DNA of 64,000 nucleotides from a virus. Below the pieces are notes generated by a model, which ran no database searches, was not told the origin of the DNA, and worked only from the letters and a program-made list of their open reading frames with translations. Positions 48,731 to 57,375 of this stretch are shown here, piece by piece; position 1 is the stretch's first letter, and every line of letters starts with the position of its first letter. Position numbers and translations under genes: made by a program. The stretch lies in IMG/VR virus record IMGVR_UViG_2786546122_000004, positions 3,022 through 67,021 of that record. One strand, given 5' to 3'.

Positions 48731-50113
48731 TTACTCGTCTATTTTTAAATTGTTAAAGAAATTCCATATCTTTTGTGGTGATTTAGCATTTCCATTCTTG
48801 TCTACTACACCTAATTCATCCCACAATTTATTTTTCTTACTAAAGTCTATAGAGTTTAAAACATCGGTAATTTTACTTTCTAAATCATCTAGACTTACTC
48901 CATCTAACTGCAACTTCTTAGCTAGTACAACGTAGCCGTTAAAGAACAAATAGTTGTTCACAAAACTTCTCTTTCTTTCTTTTGCTATATCACCTAAGAA
49001 CTCATCCACATATTGTGTAGCTAAAGCATCAAAGAAAGATGTAAGGTATCTTGCAGTTTTTAAAATATCTGCCTGAGTTGAAAAATCTTTTTTAGAATAA
49101 CTTCTTTCAATTGCCTTTTTGAAGTCAGAAAAAGTTATAAGTAAGTTCTGATTCTGATTTATCCAGTCTCCATTTGTCTTTATATAATCACCAATTATGC
49201 TATTATCCTGAATGAACTTAACAATTTTATTAGAATAAACATTTTGACTCATCTCAGCTACTTTAGATTTCTTCACTGGATTTATTGTATTTTGTTGCCC
49301 AAAATGCTCTCTCGCCCTTTTTTGAGTGTAGTTATAGATGTCCACTTTAAAGGTTTCTTCAAACAAATGATCTAACTCAGGATGCTGTCTTATAGCCATA
49401 GTAATGCCTATTAGCCGGTGATACCCGTCTAAAACGTCTAAAATGGTGTCTTCAGTCACTGTAAGCGACATAGTGTCGTCATCATATTTTAATTCTTCGC
49501 CACAACTTGCGCTTCCAACACGTGCATTAAACGTAAAAACTGATTTAATTAATTTCCCATCTAAGAACAGTTCCTTTATTTCTTCAACCGATTGTTTATT
49601 GAGCTGCGGTACAGGTATCTCAATATCTGAGCCCTCTAGTTTTTTCGTTTTGTTCGTTCTTTGAGCATTAGGATTATAGTGCAATAACTTATTTTCAAAT
49701 AGCATAAACAACTCTTTAGCAGTGATGGGGAAGAAATAATTATCATCCGAATACTTTACAACTTGTTTGAATGTATACGGAAATTTTATATCTTCCTCCA
49801 CAGATCCTTCCCATAACGTTTCAATTTCTCTCATATCCGTTTCTGTGAAGTAATTTCGTGGATTAAACCTTTCACTTTCAAGAACTGAGTATAGGGACTT
49901 GGCTAAAAAGTACATATATTCTTTAGAAATTTCGACTTCTGGATTTTCTATATCATAAATTAATTTTTGTGTTGTCCCTGGAGTAATTTTATTTTTAGCC
50001 ATCTCTAATTGAATATCGTTAATAAAAGATCTTATGTGTTTATTTTTCGAGATAGCATCTTTCATTTCTGAAAGCAGTTTCTCATTTGCAGACTGATCAA
50101 AGATCACTGTCAT
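48731..50113 (-). CDS. yopQ: SroE, DndB/DGQHR-like protein
   Basis: 460 aa; VLDGYHR motif. Confidence 0.85.
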   Translation of the reverse strand: MTVIFDQSANEKLLSEMKDAISKNKHIRSFINDIQLEMAKNKITPGTTQKLIYDIENPEVEISKEYMYFLAKSLYSVLESERFNPRNYFTETDMREIETLWEGSVEEDIKFPYTFKQVVKYSDDNYFFPITAKELFMLFENKLLHYNPNAQRTNKTKKLEGSDIEIPVPQLNKQSVEEIKELFLDGKLIKSVFTFNARVGSASCGEELKYDDDTMSLTVTEDTILDVLDGYHRLIGITMAIRQHPELDHLFEETFKVDIYNYTQKRAREHFGQQNTINPVKKSKVAEMSQNVYSNKIVKFIQDNSIIGDYIKTNGDWINQNQNLLITFSDFKKAIERSYSKKDFSTQADILKTARYLTSFFDALATQYVDEFLGDIAKERKRSFVNNYLFFNGYVVLAKKLQLDGVSLDDLESKITDVLNSIDFSKKNKLWDELGVVDKNGNAKSPQKIWNFFNNLKIDE

Positions 50114-50219
50114 ATAGCCTTTCACCTCATGTCATGTTGCTAAATTTAAAGTTACCAAAGGCAATCTGGTTAATCAAGAAGAATTATCATTTGAACTGAG
50201 TAATATACCGAAAAAATGA

Positions 50220-51296
50220 TTATCGCTCATTTACATGCTTTATAAACTTTTTTAATGTAACAAGATCAGCGTTTTCAAAAAAACTAATAAAATCCTCTTG
50301 GGTTGCTTCATATAGTGGATTTAAATCGATTTTTTCATCCATTGTTACACCAGCAGAGTTCGCTATGTTAATCTTTCTGCTCATATATCTCTCTGTTGTT
50401 AATGTGTTTTTATGATTTCCTTGTTCTTTTGCTGCAAGTAAATCGTGACCAGAATTCTCATAGACATAGTCAATTCCTACACCCTTAAATGAGTGTAAGA
50501 CTAATTCTCTTTCAGGAGGTATTCCTAACCTTTTTTTCGACCTTTTTAAGGAGTGTCGTAAAGATTGTTCCGAAAGCCCCTGAAAAACCAATTCAGTTTC
50601 GCTGTCATCCTCTTCCTTCAGCTGCAACAATTCCTCATAAAATACCTGGTTAATGCCTGTAGACACAACCTGAGATCCTTTATCAATAACTGTTACTATA
50701 TAATGGCCTGTACTTTCATCAAGCTGTATGTCTTTCCATCTTACTCGCAAAATCGCACTTACACGAAAAGAAGTTCTGATGGCGAATTTAACAAACAGCT
50801 TTTTCATTAAAGGTTTCTGTCTTTCATTTATATACATATCCTGAGCGATTCTTTCGGCTTCTGTCTGGGTTGTTTTATCCCAGTTTTTAGTTACTGTTTT
50901 AAGCCTTTCGACAGTATTAAACACCGACAAGTCAATATAGTCCTTATAATCATGCTCCAAATATGTATAGAGCATCTTCAGGGAGGTCATTTTTCTGTTA
51001 ATACTATTATTAACTAATCCCTTTTCCTGAAGATACTTCACATAGTTGCTTAATTCGCTTTTACTTACAACTAAATCATCGGGAACTAAACTTTTGACAT
51101 CTTTACCTTTAATCACACTAAAGAACTGCTTAATATCCCCTTCATAATTCTTTCTGGTGTTCGACACCCTTCTAGTTGATGAAGGCATCATATAGTTAGA
51201 ATTCCCTGAGCTACTTCTTATATCTTTATTGATTAAAAAGCCCTCGATATCATCGTAAACCGCATAATTTTTTAATTGTTTAACTTTATTTTGCAT
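50220..51296 (-). CDS. yopP: SroD tyrosine-recombinase-family protein
   Basis: 358 aa; SFRVSA, DKG, LHSFK, GNH, ERY. Confidence 0.88.
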   Translation of the reverse strand: MQNKVKQLKNYAVYDDIEGFLINKDIRSSSGNSNYMMPSSTRRVSNTRKNYEGDIKQFFSVIKGKDVKSLVPDDLVVSKSELSNYVKYLQEKGLVNNSINRKMTSLKMLYTYLEHDYKDYIDLSVFNTVERLKTVTKNWDKTTQTEAERIAQDMYINERQKPLMKKLFVKFAIRTSFRVSAILRVRWKDIQLDESTGHYIVTVIDKGSQVVSTGINQVFYEELLQLKEEDDSETELVFQGLSEQSLRHSLKRSKKRLGIPPERELVLHSFKGVGIDYVYENSGHDLLAAKEQGNHKNTLTTERYMSRKINIANSAGVTMDEKIDLNPLYEATQEDFISFFENADLVTLKKFIKHVNER

Positions 51297-51498
51297 TATC
51301 TTCTCCTCCTTTCTCATCCAATAACTCATCAATAGAGACATTCAATACCAGAGCGATAAGCTTTATGGTTGTAACATCTGATTCATCTGGCATTTCAATG
51401 ATTTTGTTTAATTTCTGAATATCAATCATTGTCTCCCTCGACAATTCCTCTATTGTGATGCCACGTTTGACCAATAGCTGTTTTATTCGCTCTGACAT
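51286..51498 (-). CDS. yopO: SroC XRE HTH protein
   Basis: 70 aa HTH. Confidence 0.85.
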   Translation of the reverse strand: MSERIKQLLVKRGITIEELSRETMIDIQKLNKIIEMPDESDVTTIKLIALVLNVSIDELLDEKGGEDNAK

Positions 51499-51546
51499 GT
51501 CAACCTCCTACTTTTTATGTATACTATAGACTGCAGTGCGTATATG

Positions 51547-51867
51547 TTATGGTTGATAAATAAACTCTTCAAATTCAATTGCAATGTGTCGTTTTAAATT
51601 CTTCACAAAATGTATTAGGGATCTAAAATGCGGATTATTTTCAATGCTTCTTTTTAATCCATCTCCACCTAATAATGCTCTATTTAGATCTTTTAATAAT
51701 GCTGCTATCTCTATTTTTGCACCATGTAGATCATCTTCAGTTTTTGCATTAACAATCATTTTCCTAATGTTTAGTACACTCTCTATGTAAGTTTGTTTAG
51801 CATTTAAAACAAAATCGGCATCAATATCTTTATGATTTGTAGACCTAAGTTCTACAACATGCATCAT
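51547..51867 (-). CDS. yopN: SroB, MazE-binding lysogeny factor
   Basis: 106 aa; second gene of the sro operon. Confidence 0.75.
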   Translation of the reverse strand: MMHVVELRSTNHKDIDADFVLNAKQTYIESVLNIRKMIVNAKTEDDLHGAKIEIAALLKDLNRALLGGDGLKRSIENNPHFRSLIHFVKNLKRHIAIEFEEFIYQP

Positions 51868-52067
51868 TAATCCTCCTTGTATTCGCTTAGCAATTTCATG
51901 TATCCTTTAGTTAGTTGTTTTCGAACATTTTCATTCTTCATTATTTTTGACTTTTCAATGCTTTTTTCATGAAAAAACAAATCATTTTTAACTAACCTTT
52001 CAACTTTCTTTTGGTAAATGGTTTTATGCATTGTCATACTGTTTTTTAAGTAACTAATTGCGGACAT
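51867..52067 (-). CDS. yopM: SroA
   Basis: 66 aa; first gene after the aimX region. Confidence 0.75.
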   Translation of the reverse strand: MSAISYLKNSMTMHKTIYQKKVERLVKNDLFFHEKSIEKSKIMKNENVRKQLTKGYMKLLSEYKED

Positions 52068-52114
52068 ACCACCAACCTCCTATATACATATTTTTTATCT
52101 TTTGCATCTATAGC

Positions 52115-52143
52115 AATTGTAATGCATTACAAAAGGGAAGTAA
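52115..52143 (-). promoter_or_regulatory. SigA promoter of sro operon overlapped by TGTAATGCATTACA palindrome
   Basis: TTTACT-17bp-TACAAT on minus strand. Confidence 0.6.
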
Positions 52144-52245
52144 AGATTTTTTTAACGACAAATAGCACATTCTACGCAATTTTTTTTGCGAATGTGCTGC
52201 TTTGTAATGCATTTCATTTAATTAGGGTGTATGTATTTGAAGTTG

Positions 52246-52282
52246 ATCACTAGATGTTATTAAAACCTAATATTTAAGTGAT
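52246..52282. promoter_or_regulatory. AimR operator (aimX promoter)
   Basis: ATCACT-N25-AGTGAT inverted repeat directly downstream of aimP. Confidence 0.9.
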
Positions 52283-52298
52283 GGCCTTAAAACTACAA

Positions 52299-52331
52299 AA
52301 GACGCTTAGCTCAAAAGAGCCAAACGTCTTA
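52299..52331 (-). terminator. terminator after aimP
   Basis: AAGACGTTTGGCTC-TTTT-GAGCTAAGCGTCTT-TTG on minus strand. Confidence 0.7.
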
Positions 52332-52394
52332 CTTTTCTCTGTTTAATTTAATTAAATAAATAATAATACTAATAACTTTATGTGTCAATGGATT

Positions 52395-52520
52395 TTATGC
52401 TCCACGTGGCATTCCAGCAACCTCATAATCACCTGAAGCTTGTTGGATTGAAGAATCTGCACTTATGTAAGAAGTGCCTAGTGCGCCCAAGATAACTAAA
52501 GCCATAATAAGTTTTTTCAT
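52395..52520 (-). CDS. aimP: arbitrium pro-peptide AimP (mature GMPRGA)
   Basis: Manual: MKKLIMALVILGALGTSYISADSSIQQASGDYEVAGMPRGA; RBS AGGAGGTG. Confidence 0.95.
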   Translation of the reverse strand: MKKLIMALVILGALGTSYISADSSIQQASGDYEVAGMPRGA

Positions 52521-52533
52521 TGTCTCACCTCCT

Positions 52534-53694
52534 TTAAAGTAAAAGTAATTCTAAAAGTTTTTGATTTTCACCCATCTTTTGCAGTTCTAACAGTGGCAGC
52601 CTAATAAGGAATTTGTCATTAGACTTTTTAAAATACTCGATTGAAGAATAGAAACATGCTTTATTTTGTTCGAGTCTTCCTTTCAAATAATAATGCATTG
52701 CAAGCTCATTATCGTTGTGAACTAAAAGATCTAGTTTATCCAAAACTTCTTTTGCTTTGGAATTTTCATTAAAGTTGATAAAACAATGAGCTTGCTCCTG
52801 CAAATCCATAATTGAATCAGATTCAAAATTAATCCACTTATTTTCTTTACGCCATACATTATTTAAGAAGCACAAAGCCTGCTGGAAAATCATGTTGTAA
52901 TTTTCATTTTGAACAGAAACGCTTAGCCCTTTTAAAAAGTTTTCTTGAGCCAATTCATAATTCGAAAATAATAGAGAGTTGCCAATAGTTAAGTAGCTGA
53001 AAACCTGAAATCTCAGGATATTTGTACTTTCCAATGCCTTTTTAGAGTACTCTCTGCACTCCTCTAATGAATTTTCATTTAACTTTATATTAGACATTAG
53101 AACATGGACTCTTGTTTGATATGTATTTCTAATGTACATGTTCTCAGAAATCTCACTTAGGTCAATTTGTTTTATAAGTTGGGCCATCGGAGAAAAGTTA
53201 CCAGTGCTTAAATAATGATAAAGCAGCAAGAGTCTTGAGAAAGAATTCATTTCAGGTGTTTTTATATTTAATTTGCCGAGTCTTTTCACTGCCTCAAATT
53301 CAGTAATAACACTGTTAGACAGTTCTCTATGTATTTTATACACTTTTCCATATTCTTTACTTTTCATATTGCTGCAAGAAATCATTGAATCTATTAAAAC
53401 ATCTTCTATTTCAAAAAACATATTTGCATCCGCATACTCCAATGCACTTCTTGCTGCCTTTGTCTTAACATCTAGGTTTAAACAGTAATCTTTCATTAAT
53501 TCATATTCACGGTCTGGATACTGACTCTTAACAATGTTGACTATTGAAGAAAATTCATTAAATGTTTTCCCATCATGGTTTAAGAAGTCATAAAGAGGAT
53601 TGGGGTTTTTAAGGCCAGCTACTGTTGCCCATTTATTCATTAAAGAGTTGTCATTTTCCAAGTCTTTCTTCATAGCTATCCTTATTAACTCCAT
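52534..53694 (-). CDS. aimR: arbitrium receptor AimR (TPR)
   Basis: 386 aa; MELIRIAMKKDLENDNSLMNKWATVAG as in SPbeta YopK. Confidence 0.96.
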   Translation of the reverse strand: MELIRIAMKKDLENDNSLMNKWATVAGLKNPNPLYDFLNHDGKTFNEFSSIVNIVKSQYPDREYELMKDYCLNLDVKTKAARSALEYADANMFFEIEDVLIDSMISCSNMKSKEYGKVYKIHRELSNSVITEFEAVKRLGKLNIKTPEMNSFSRLLLLYHYLSTGNFSPMAQLIKQIDLSEISENMYIRNTYQTRVHVLMSNIKLNENSLEECREYSKKALESTNILRFQVFSYLTIGNSLLFSNYELAQENFLKGLSVSVQNENYNMIFQQALCFLNNVWRKENKWINFESDSIMDLQEQAHCFINFNENSKAKEVLDKLDLLVHNDNELAMHYYLKGRLEQNKACFYSSIEYFKKSNDKFLIRLPLLELQKMGENQKLLELLLL

Positions 53695-53737
53695 TATTTC
53701 CCCTCATTTCTTTTTGTTGTCTTTATTGGTTAACTTA

Positions 53738-53766
53738 ATAATACTATAGATCGCACTACGAGTCAA
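53738..53766 (-). promoter_or_regulatory. SigA promoter of aimR with adjacent SPBRE core
   Basis: TTGACT-17bp-TATTAT; SPBRE-like core at 53775-53792. Confidence 0.65.
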
Positions 53767-53847
53767 TTATTTTATACATATTTTTCGTATTTGAGTTCTC
53801 TTTAAAATTCCTATTTTATTCAAAAGGCATCTGAAATTGAAAGATGC

Positions 53848-54407
53848 CTAATCATCATTATCACTAATGTTGCAAACAACTCGTCCAGACTTAGCCTGTT
53901 GATTATAGTCCACTTCAAATCCATTCTTTTTATAAAAATAAATCAACCTATCATGGTGATCAAAATCAACAGGCGAAATCCAACCAGAAATTTTTTTAAT
54001 TCGATTTCTTCAGCAATTTTTTTAAGTGTATTTACTGCAAGCGTTCCATGCCCTCTAGATACTTCATTCGAAAAAATATCAACAATATAAATTTTTTCCT
54101 CATCCACCTCGGTTAAAATTTTAACTAAATATGAGTCATTTCTGATTAGATAATCTAAGTAATGTACTTTTACATCAAGCCCCTTAATAATTCCATGCCG
54201 GAAAGAATAAAAAACAATTACATCTCTTTCATCCTTGTCCTTCGTAATGGCTGTAATTGTATTCCCATCTTTTAATATAGTTACTACATTCCCAAGTGCA
54301 TTTGTTTTCTGAAAAAGACACTCTTCCAAAGTAGCCTGGATATTTGTTAATTCTTCAACGCGATTATTTAATAATCGATTCTCTGTTTTAAGTTTTTTTA
54401 AAAACAA
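53848..54407 (-). pseudogene. GNAT acetyltransferase frameshifted in an A7 run
   Basis: Motif A SRGHGT in frame 0; one extra A at 53991-53997 gives ISGWISPVDFDHHDRLIYFYKKNGFEV and a 186-aa protein. Confidence 0.75.
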
Positions 54408-54470
54408 ACAATGTCTCTCCTCTTTTTCTTAATCAAATAAAACAATTATTTTACATAGACACAAAGAGGA

Positions 54471-54809
54471 TTAATCCTCTTTATGCATAGCTGGCCAAAA
54501 AAATTTCTCAATCTCCTTTTTCAAGTCTTCCTGTGCTTCGGGCTCAAGTTTATTAAATATGGATTTCATGAGAGAACGTTGCTCAAATATAATGTCAACG
54601 AGCTCATCCCTTTTTTGGCTTTTGTAACTGCTTCGTGTGGTAAGCCACTCATCATCATAACCAATACATTCTAATAATAATGTTTCCATATTTTTATTTC
54701 TTTTTTTAATATGCTCAGCACGTCTCATTCCTTCTTTAAATCCCCTTTTAAAAGCGTTCGCTTCTAATTGGTTTAATTCATATTGTTTTTGATATTCCTC
54801 TAGGCTCAT
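54471..54809 (-). CDS. hypothetical phage protein
   Basis: ORF track. Confidence 0.7.
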   Translation of the reverse strand: MSLEEYQKQYELNQLEANAFKRGFKEGMRRAEHIKKRNKNMETLLLECIGYDDEWLTTRSSYKSQKRDELVDIIFEQRSLMKSIFNKLEPEAQEDLKKEIEKFFWPAMHKED

Positions 54810-54873
54810 GCGGTACTATCCTTTCTAATTAGAAATATTATCATTGCTGTACTATTATTTTTTTAAGGTATTA

Positions 54874-55251
54874 TTAGTTTAACCACTTTAAATCTGTAAA
54901 CGTTTTGAATTCATGCACGCCACCGCTTAACGTGGAGCTTACATTTAAATCAGTAAGCATAACCCTGGAACCTTTTTCGGTATAACCAATAAGACTTAAG
55001 ATTTCTGAATTTTCTTCAGTTAAAAACATTAACTCCATTTTTGCTTCACAGGTAATATATCCTTTGTAATATGAGCTTAATTGAATACTTTCGCCTACCC
55101 AACCACTGTCTGTTCTGTTAACTCTTACAGTCTTCTCTTCCTTAAAAAAGATAGCTTCATTAATACCATAATGGGCTAAACCTATAAATAAAGTGCATTC
55201 TCTTAATGTAATAGGCGATTTATATTTATTTCTAAATAGTGAATTAATCAT
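54874..55251 (-). CDS. hypothetical protein coupled to upstream membrane protein
   Basis: ORF track; start overlaps upstream stop. Confidence 0.65.
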   Translation of the reverse strand: MINSLFRNKYKSPITLRECTLFIGLAHYGINEAIFFKEEKTVRVNRTDSGWVGESIQLSSYYKGYITCEAKMELMFLTEENSEILSLIGYTEKGSRVMLTDLNVSSTLSGGVHEFKTFTDLKWLN

Positions 55252-55927
55252 TTTTATTCCTCGATTCGGAATGGATTGCAGCCAAGACGTGTTTTAAATC
55301 TTCCATCTGATCAACTAAATCATCCATATTCCGTTTAACCAAGTGAGATAATCCATATCTTTCTGCAAAATCAATCTCATATGAACGGACAATATTTTTG
55401 GCTCCTCTACTTTCTTTAGGGGCAGTATAATAGCTAATTAAAACATTTGATTTCATGGGTGAATTTGATTTTTTATATTGATCACTAGTATTAAAAAAGA
55501 AGCTAATCTCTTCTCCTTTTTCTAGAAGAGCAGTTCTTTGAAAAATGTTTAACTTATTTAATGACATATCACGATAGGGAATGTCTGGATTAAAAACAAC
55601 ATTTACATCATATGCTTGTCCTCCCCCAGTATTTTTGAGTTCTATGTTTAAACAACCTAAACTTTCTTTATCAGGCATTACCTTGACTGTAACAGCAGGC
55701 TCTTCCATCGCAACACGTTGTCGCCTAACCTCTGTATAAGATATATAAGTTACAATTAATAATGCCAGTCCTCCAATGGCTGCAACAGTTGTCGCTATTG
55801 CACTAAGACCTGATAACATCTCGTTGTCAAAGTCGTTTCCTACAAAATTATATAAATGTATTACTATCGCTAATGAAATACATATAAACAAGATAATTGC
55901 TGCTACTTTTACATATGATGTTTTCAA
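55244..55927 (-). CDS. two-TM membrane-anchored protein
   Basis: Two N-terminal hydrophobic helices then a soluble domain. Confidence 0.75.
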   Translation of the reverse strand: MKTSYVKVAAIILFICISLAIVIHLYNFVGNDFDNEMLSGLSAIATTVAAIGGLALLIVTYISYTEVRRQRVAMEEPAVTVKVMPDKESLGCLNIELKNTGGGQAYDVNVVFNPDIPYRDMSLNKLNIFQRTALLEKGEEISFFFNTSDQYKKSNSPMKSNVLISYYTAPKESRGAKNIVRSYEIDFAERYGLSHLVKRNMDDLVDQMEDLKHVLAAIHSESRNKND

Positions 55928-55979
55928 AATATCTCTCCAATCATATCAACAATAAATTAAATATTACAAAGAGCCCTTA

Positions 55980-56111
55980 TTAAAGCCGCTTCCATTCAAC
56001 ACACTCAAACCGCTTCTGATACAAGTCTTCAAGTATGGCAGCCCATTCAATCCAACCTTCGGCAACAATGCTTTTCTTTTTCCCGTCTTCCATCCACTCT
56101 ATCCAATACAC
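55980..56111 (-). CDS. yopG: YopG-like small protein (43 aa)
   Basis: Manual: MYWIEWMEDGKKKSIVAEGWIEWAAILEDLYQKRFECVEWKRL. Confidence 0.7.
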   Translation of the reverse strand: MYWIEWMEDGKKKSIVAEGWIEWAAILEDLYQKRFECVEWKRL

Positions 56112-56121
56112 CTGAACACCC

Positions 56122-56337
56122 CTACCGTTTTACGACTTGAATTTCCCTTACTTCACATTGGACATTACACATTGTTTTGAGCTCACTTGCAACCTCAATG
56201 ACTTCTAACATATTATGCAATTTAGAAGCGCCGTGGAGGTCGTTAGATGTCAAATAACCGTCCTCATCTAACTTAAATGATTTGAAGTATTCCTTGTTTT
56301 CAAACTGCAGTACATAAAAATAATCAATCAAAGGCAT
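56122..56337 (-). CDS. yopF: YopF-like protein
   Basis: 71 aa; synteny. Confidence 0.65.
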   Translation of the reverse strand: MPLIDYFYVLQFENKEYFKSFKLDEDGYLTSNDLHGASKLHNMLEVIEVASELKTMCNVQCEVREIQVVKR

Positions 56338-56340
56338 AAA

Positions 56341-56591
56341 TCAACCTCTTTTAAATAATTTTGTAATCCTCATTGCTAATGGCAGTAAACCAATTAACAT
56401 GAAAAAAGCCAGCACATTAAGCTTTTTTTGAAAAACAGGCTGGCCAAATTTCTTTCCATGCCCGCCGCTGTTTCTTTATCCATAAGTTCTTTAAACTCTT
56501 CATCATAAACCTGATCAACAAAAATAAACTTAATGCCGGTCAATAATCCAACCCCAAGCCAGATAATTAAAAAATAAGCAAATACAATCAT
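56341..56591 (-). pseudogene. yopE: yopE membrane protein frameshifted in an A7 run
   Basis: One extra A restores ...KLNVLAFFMLIGLLPLAMRITKLFKRG and an 83-aa product. Confidence 0.7.
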
Positions 56592-56661
56592 TTGTTCCCT
56601 CCCTATATCGAACGGAATTTGGTATTCTTGAGTATGTTGAATAAATTATGTGGGTGATCTT

Positions 56662-56841
56662 GTGGAAGAGAAGTTTGAAACAAACGGGTATGATACTTCA
56701 ATCGTTTATGATTACAAAGAATATCCAGATGTAAAATACGGGCGCTGCGACAATTGCGATTACACTTTGTTCAAAAGCTCTGTGAAGAGTGGAATATTCT
56801 TGCGTGAATGCCGGCGTTGCGGTATGAAAAAGAGCATTTAG
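56662..56841 (+). CDS. small zinc-ribbon protein
   Basis: CDNC...CRRC; terminator AAAAAGAGCATT/AATGCTCTTTTT at 56827-56856. Confidence 0.7.
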   Translation: MEEKFETNGYDTSIVYDYKEYPDVKYGRCDNCDYTLFKSSVKSGIFLRECRRCGMKKSI

Positions 56842-56877
56842 TTTAATGCTCTTTTTGTTTAAACACTTCTTTTAATA

Positions 56878-57120
56878 TTAGCTTCGATTAGGCAATCCAC
56901 TAAACTCGTTAAATGATTCAACTTGTTTAAATTTCGATTTTATCTTGCTTAATTCTTCTTCCTCTCCAGGTCGCCATCCGTAAAAAGCCAAGTGCTTACA
57001 CAAATCGTAATATTTACTTCCCTCTTAAACGATTTTCATGTATGTTTCTTCTGTCATATGTACCATGTAAATTTCTTCGTTTTTAATGTGATAGAATCTA
57101 AATTGATCTGACAAAATCAT
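56878..57120 (-). pseudogene. 80-codon ORF with an internal TAA
   Basis: RBS GAGGAG, ATG 57120; in-frame TAA at 57025-57027; frame open on both sides. Confidence 0.55.
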
Positions 57121-57127
57121 TCACTCC

Positions 57128-57358
57128 TCATTGTTTTATCCAATAAGCTGGTGGGACGTTCAATACCTGATATTGTTCATCTAAATAAGCATGTTTTCTT
57201 TTCCAACTACTTTTCTTCCACGCTTCTTGATTTGAATATGATGGATCTTTCGGTTTTGGATAGTCTCCATTTATCCATCCATCTTCAATATGATTTAATT
57301 TCGCTTCGCTGCCTTCATCATTGTATTTATACCAGACAGTTATCATTTTGACCGTCAT
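57128..57358 (-). CDS. hypothetical protein
   Basis: ORF track; RBS GGGGAGTAGG. Confidence 0.65.
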   Translation of the reverse strand: MTVKMITVWYKYNDEGSEAKLNHIEDGWINGDYPKPKDPSYSNQEAWKKSSWKRKHAYLDEQYQVLNVPPAYWIKQ

Positions 57359-57375
57359 ATGTACACCTACTCCCC

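Noticed and set aside
52179-52216. 21-aa ORF MKCITKQHIRKKNCVECAICR as AimX protein
   Set aside because: It has no RBS, overlaps the hairpin and operator, and shows no MazE-like motif.
55980-56111. Apparent frameshift in yopG
   Set aside because: A recount gives 132 nt, intact, 43 aa.
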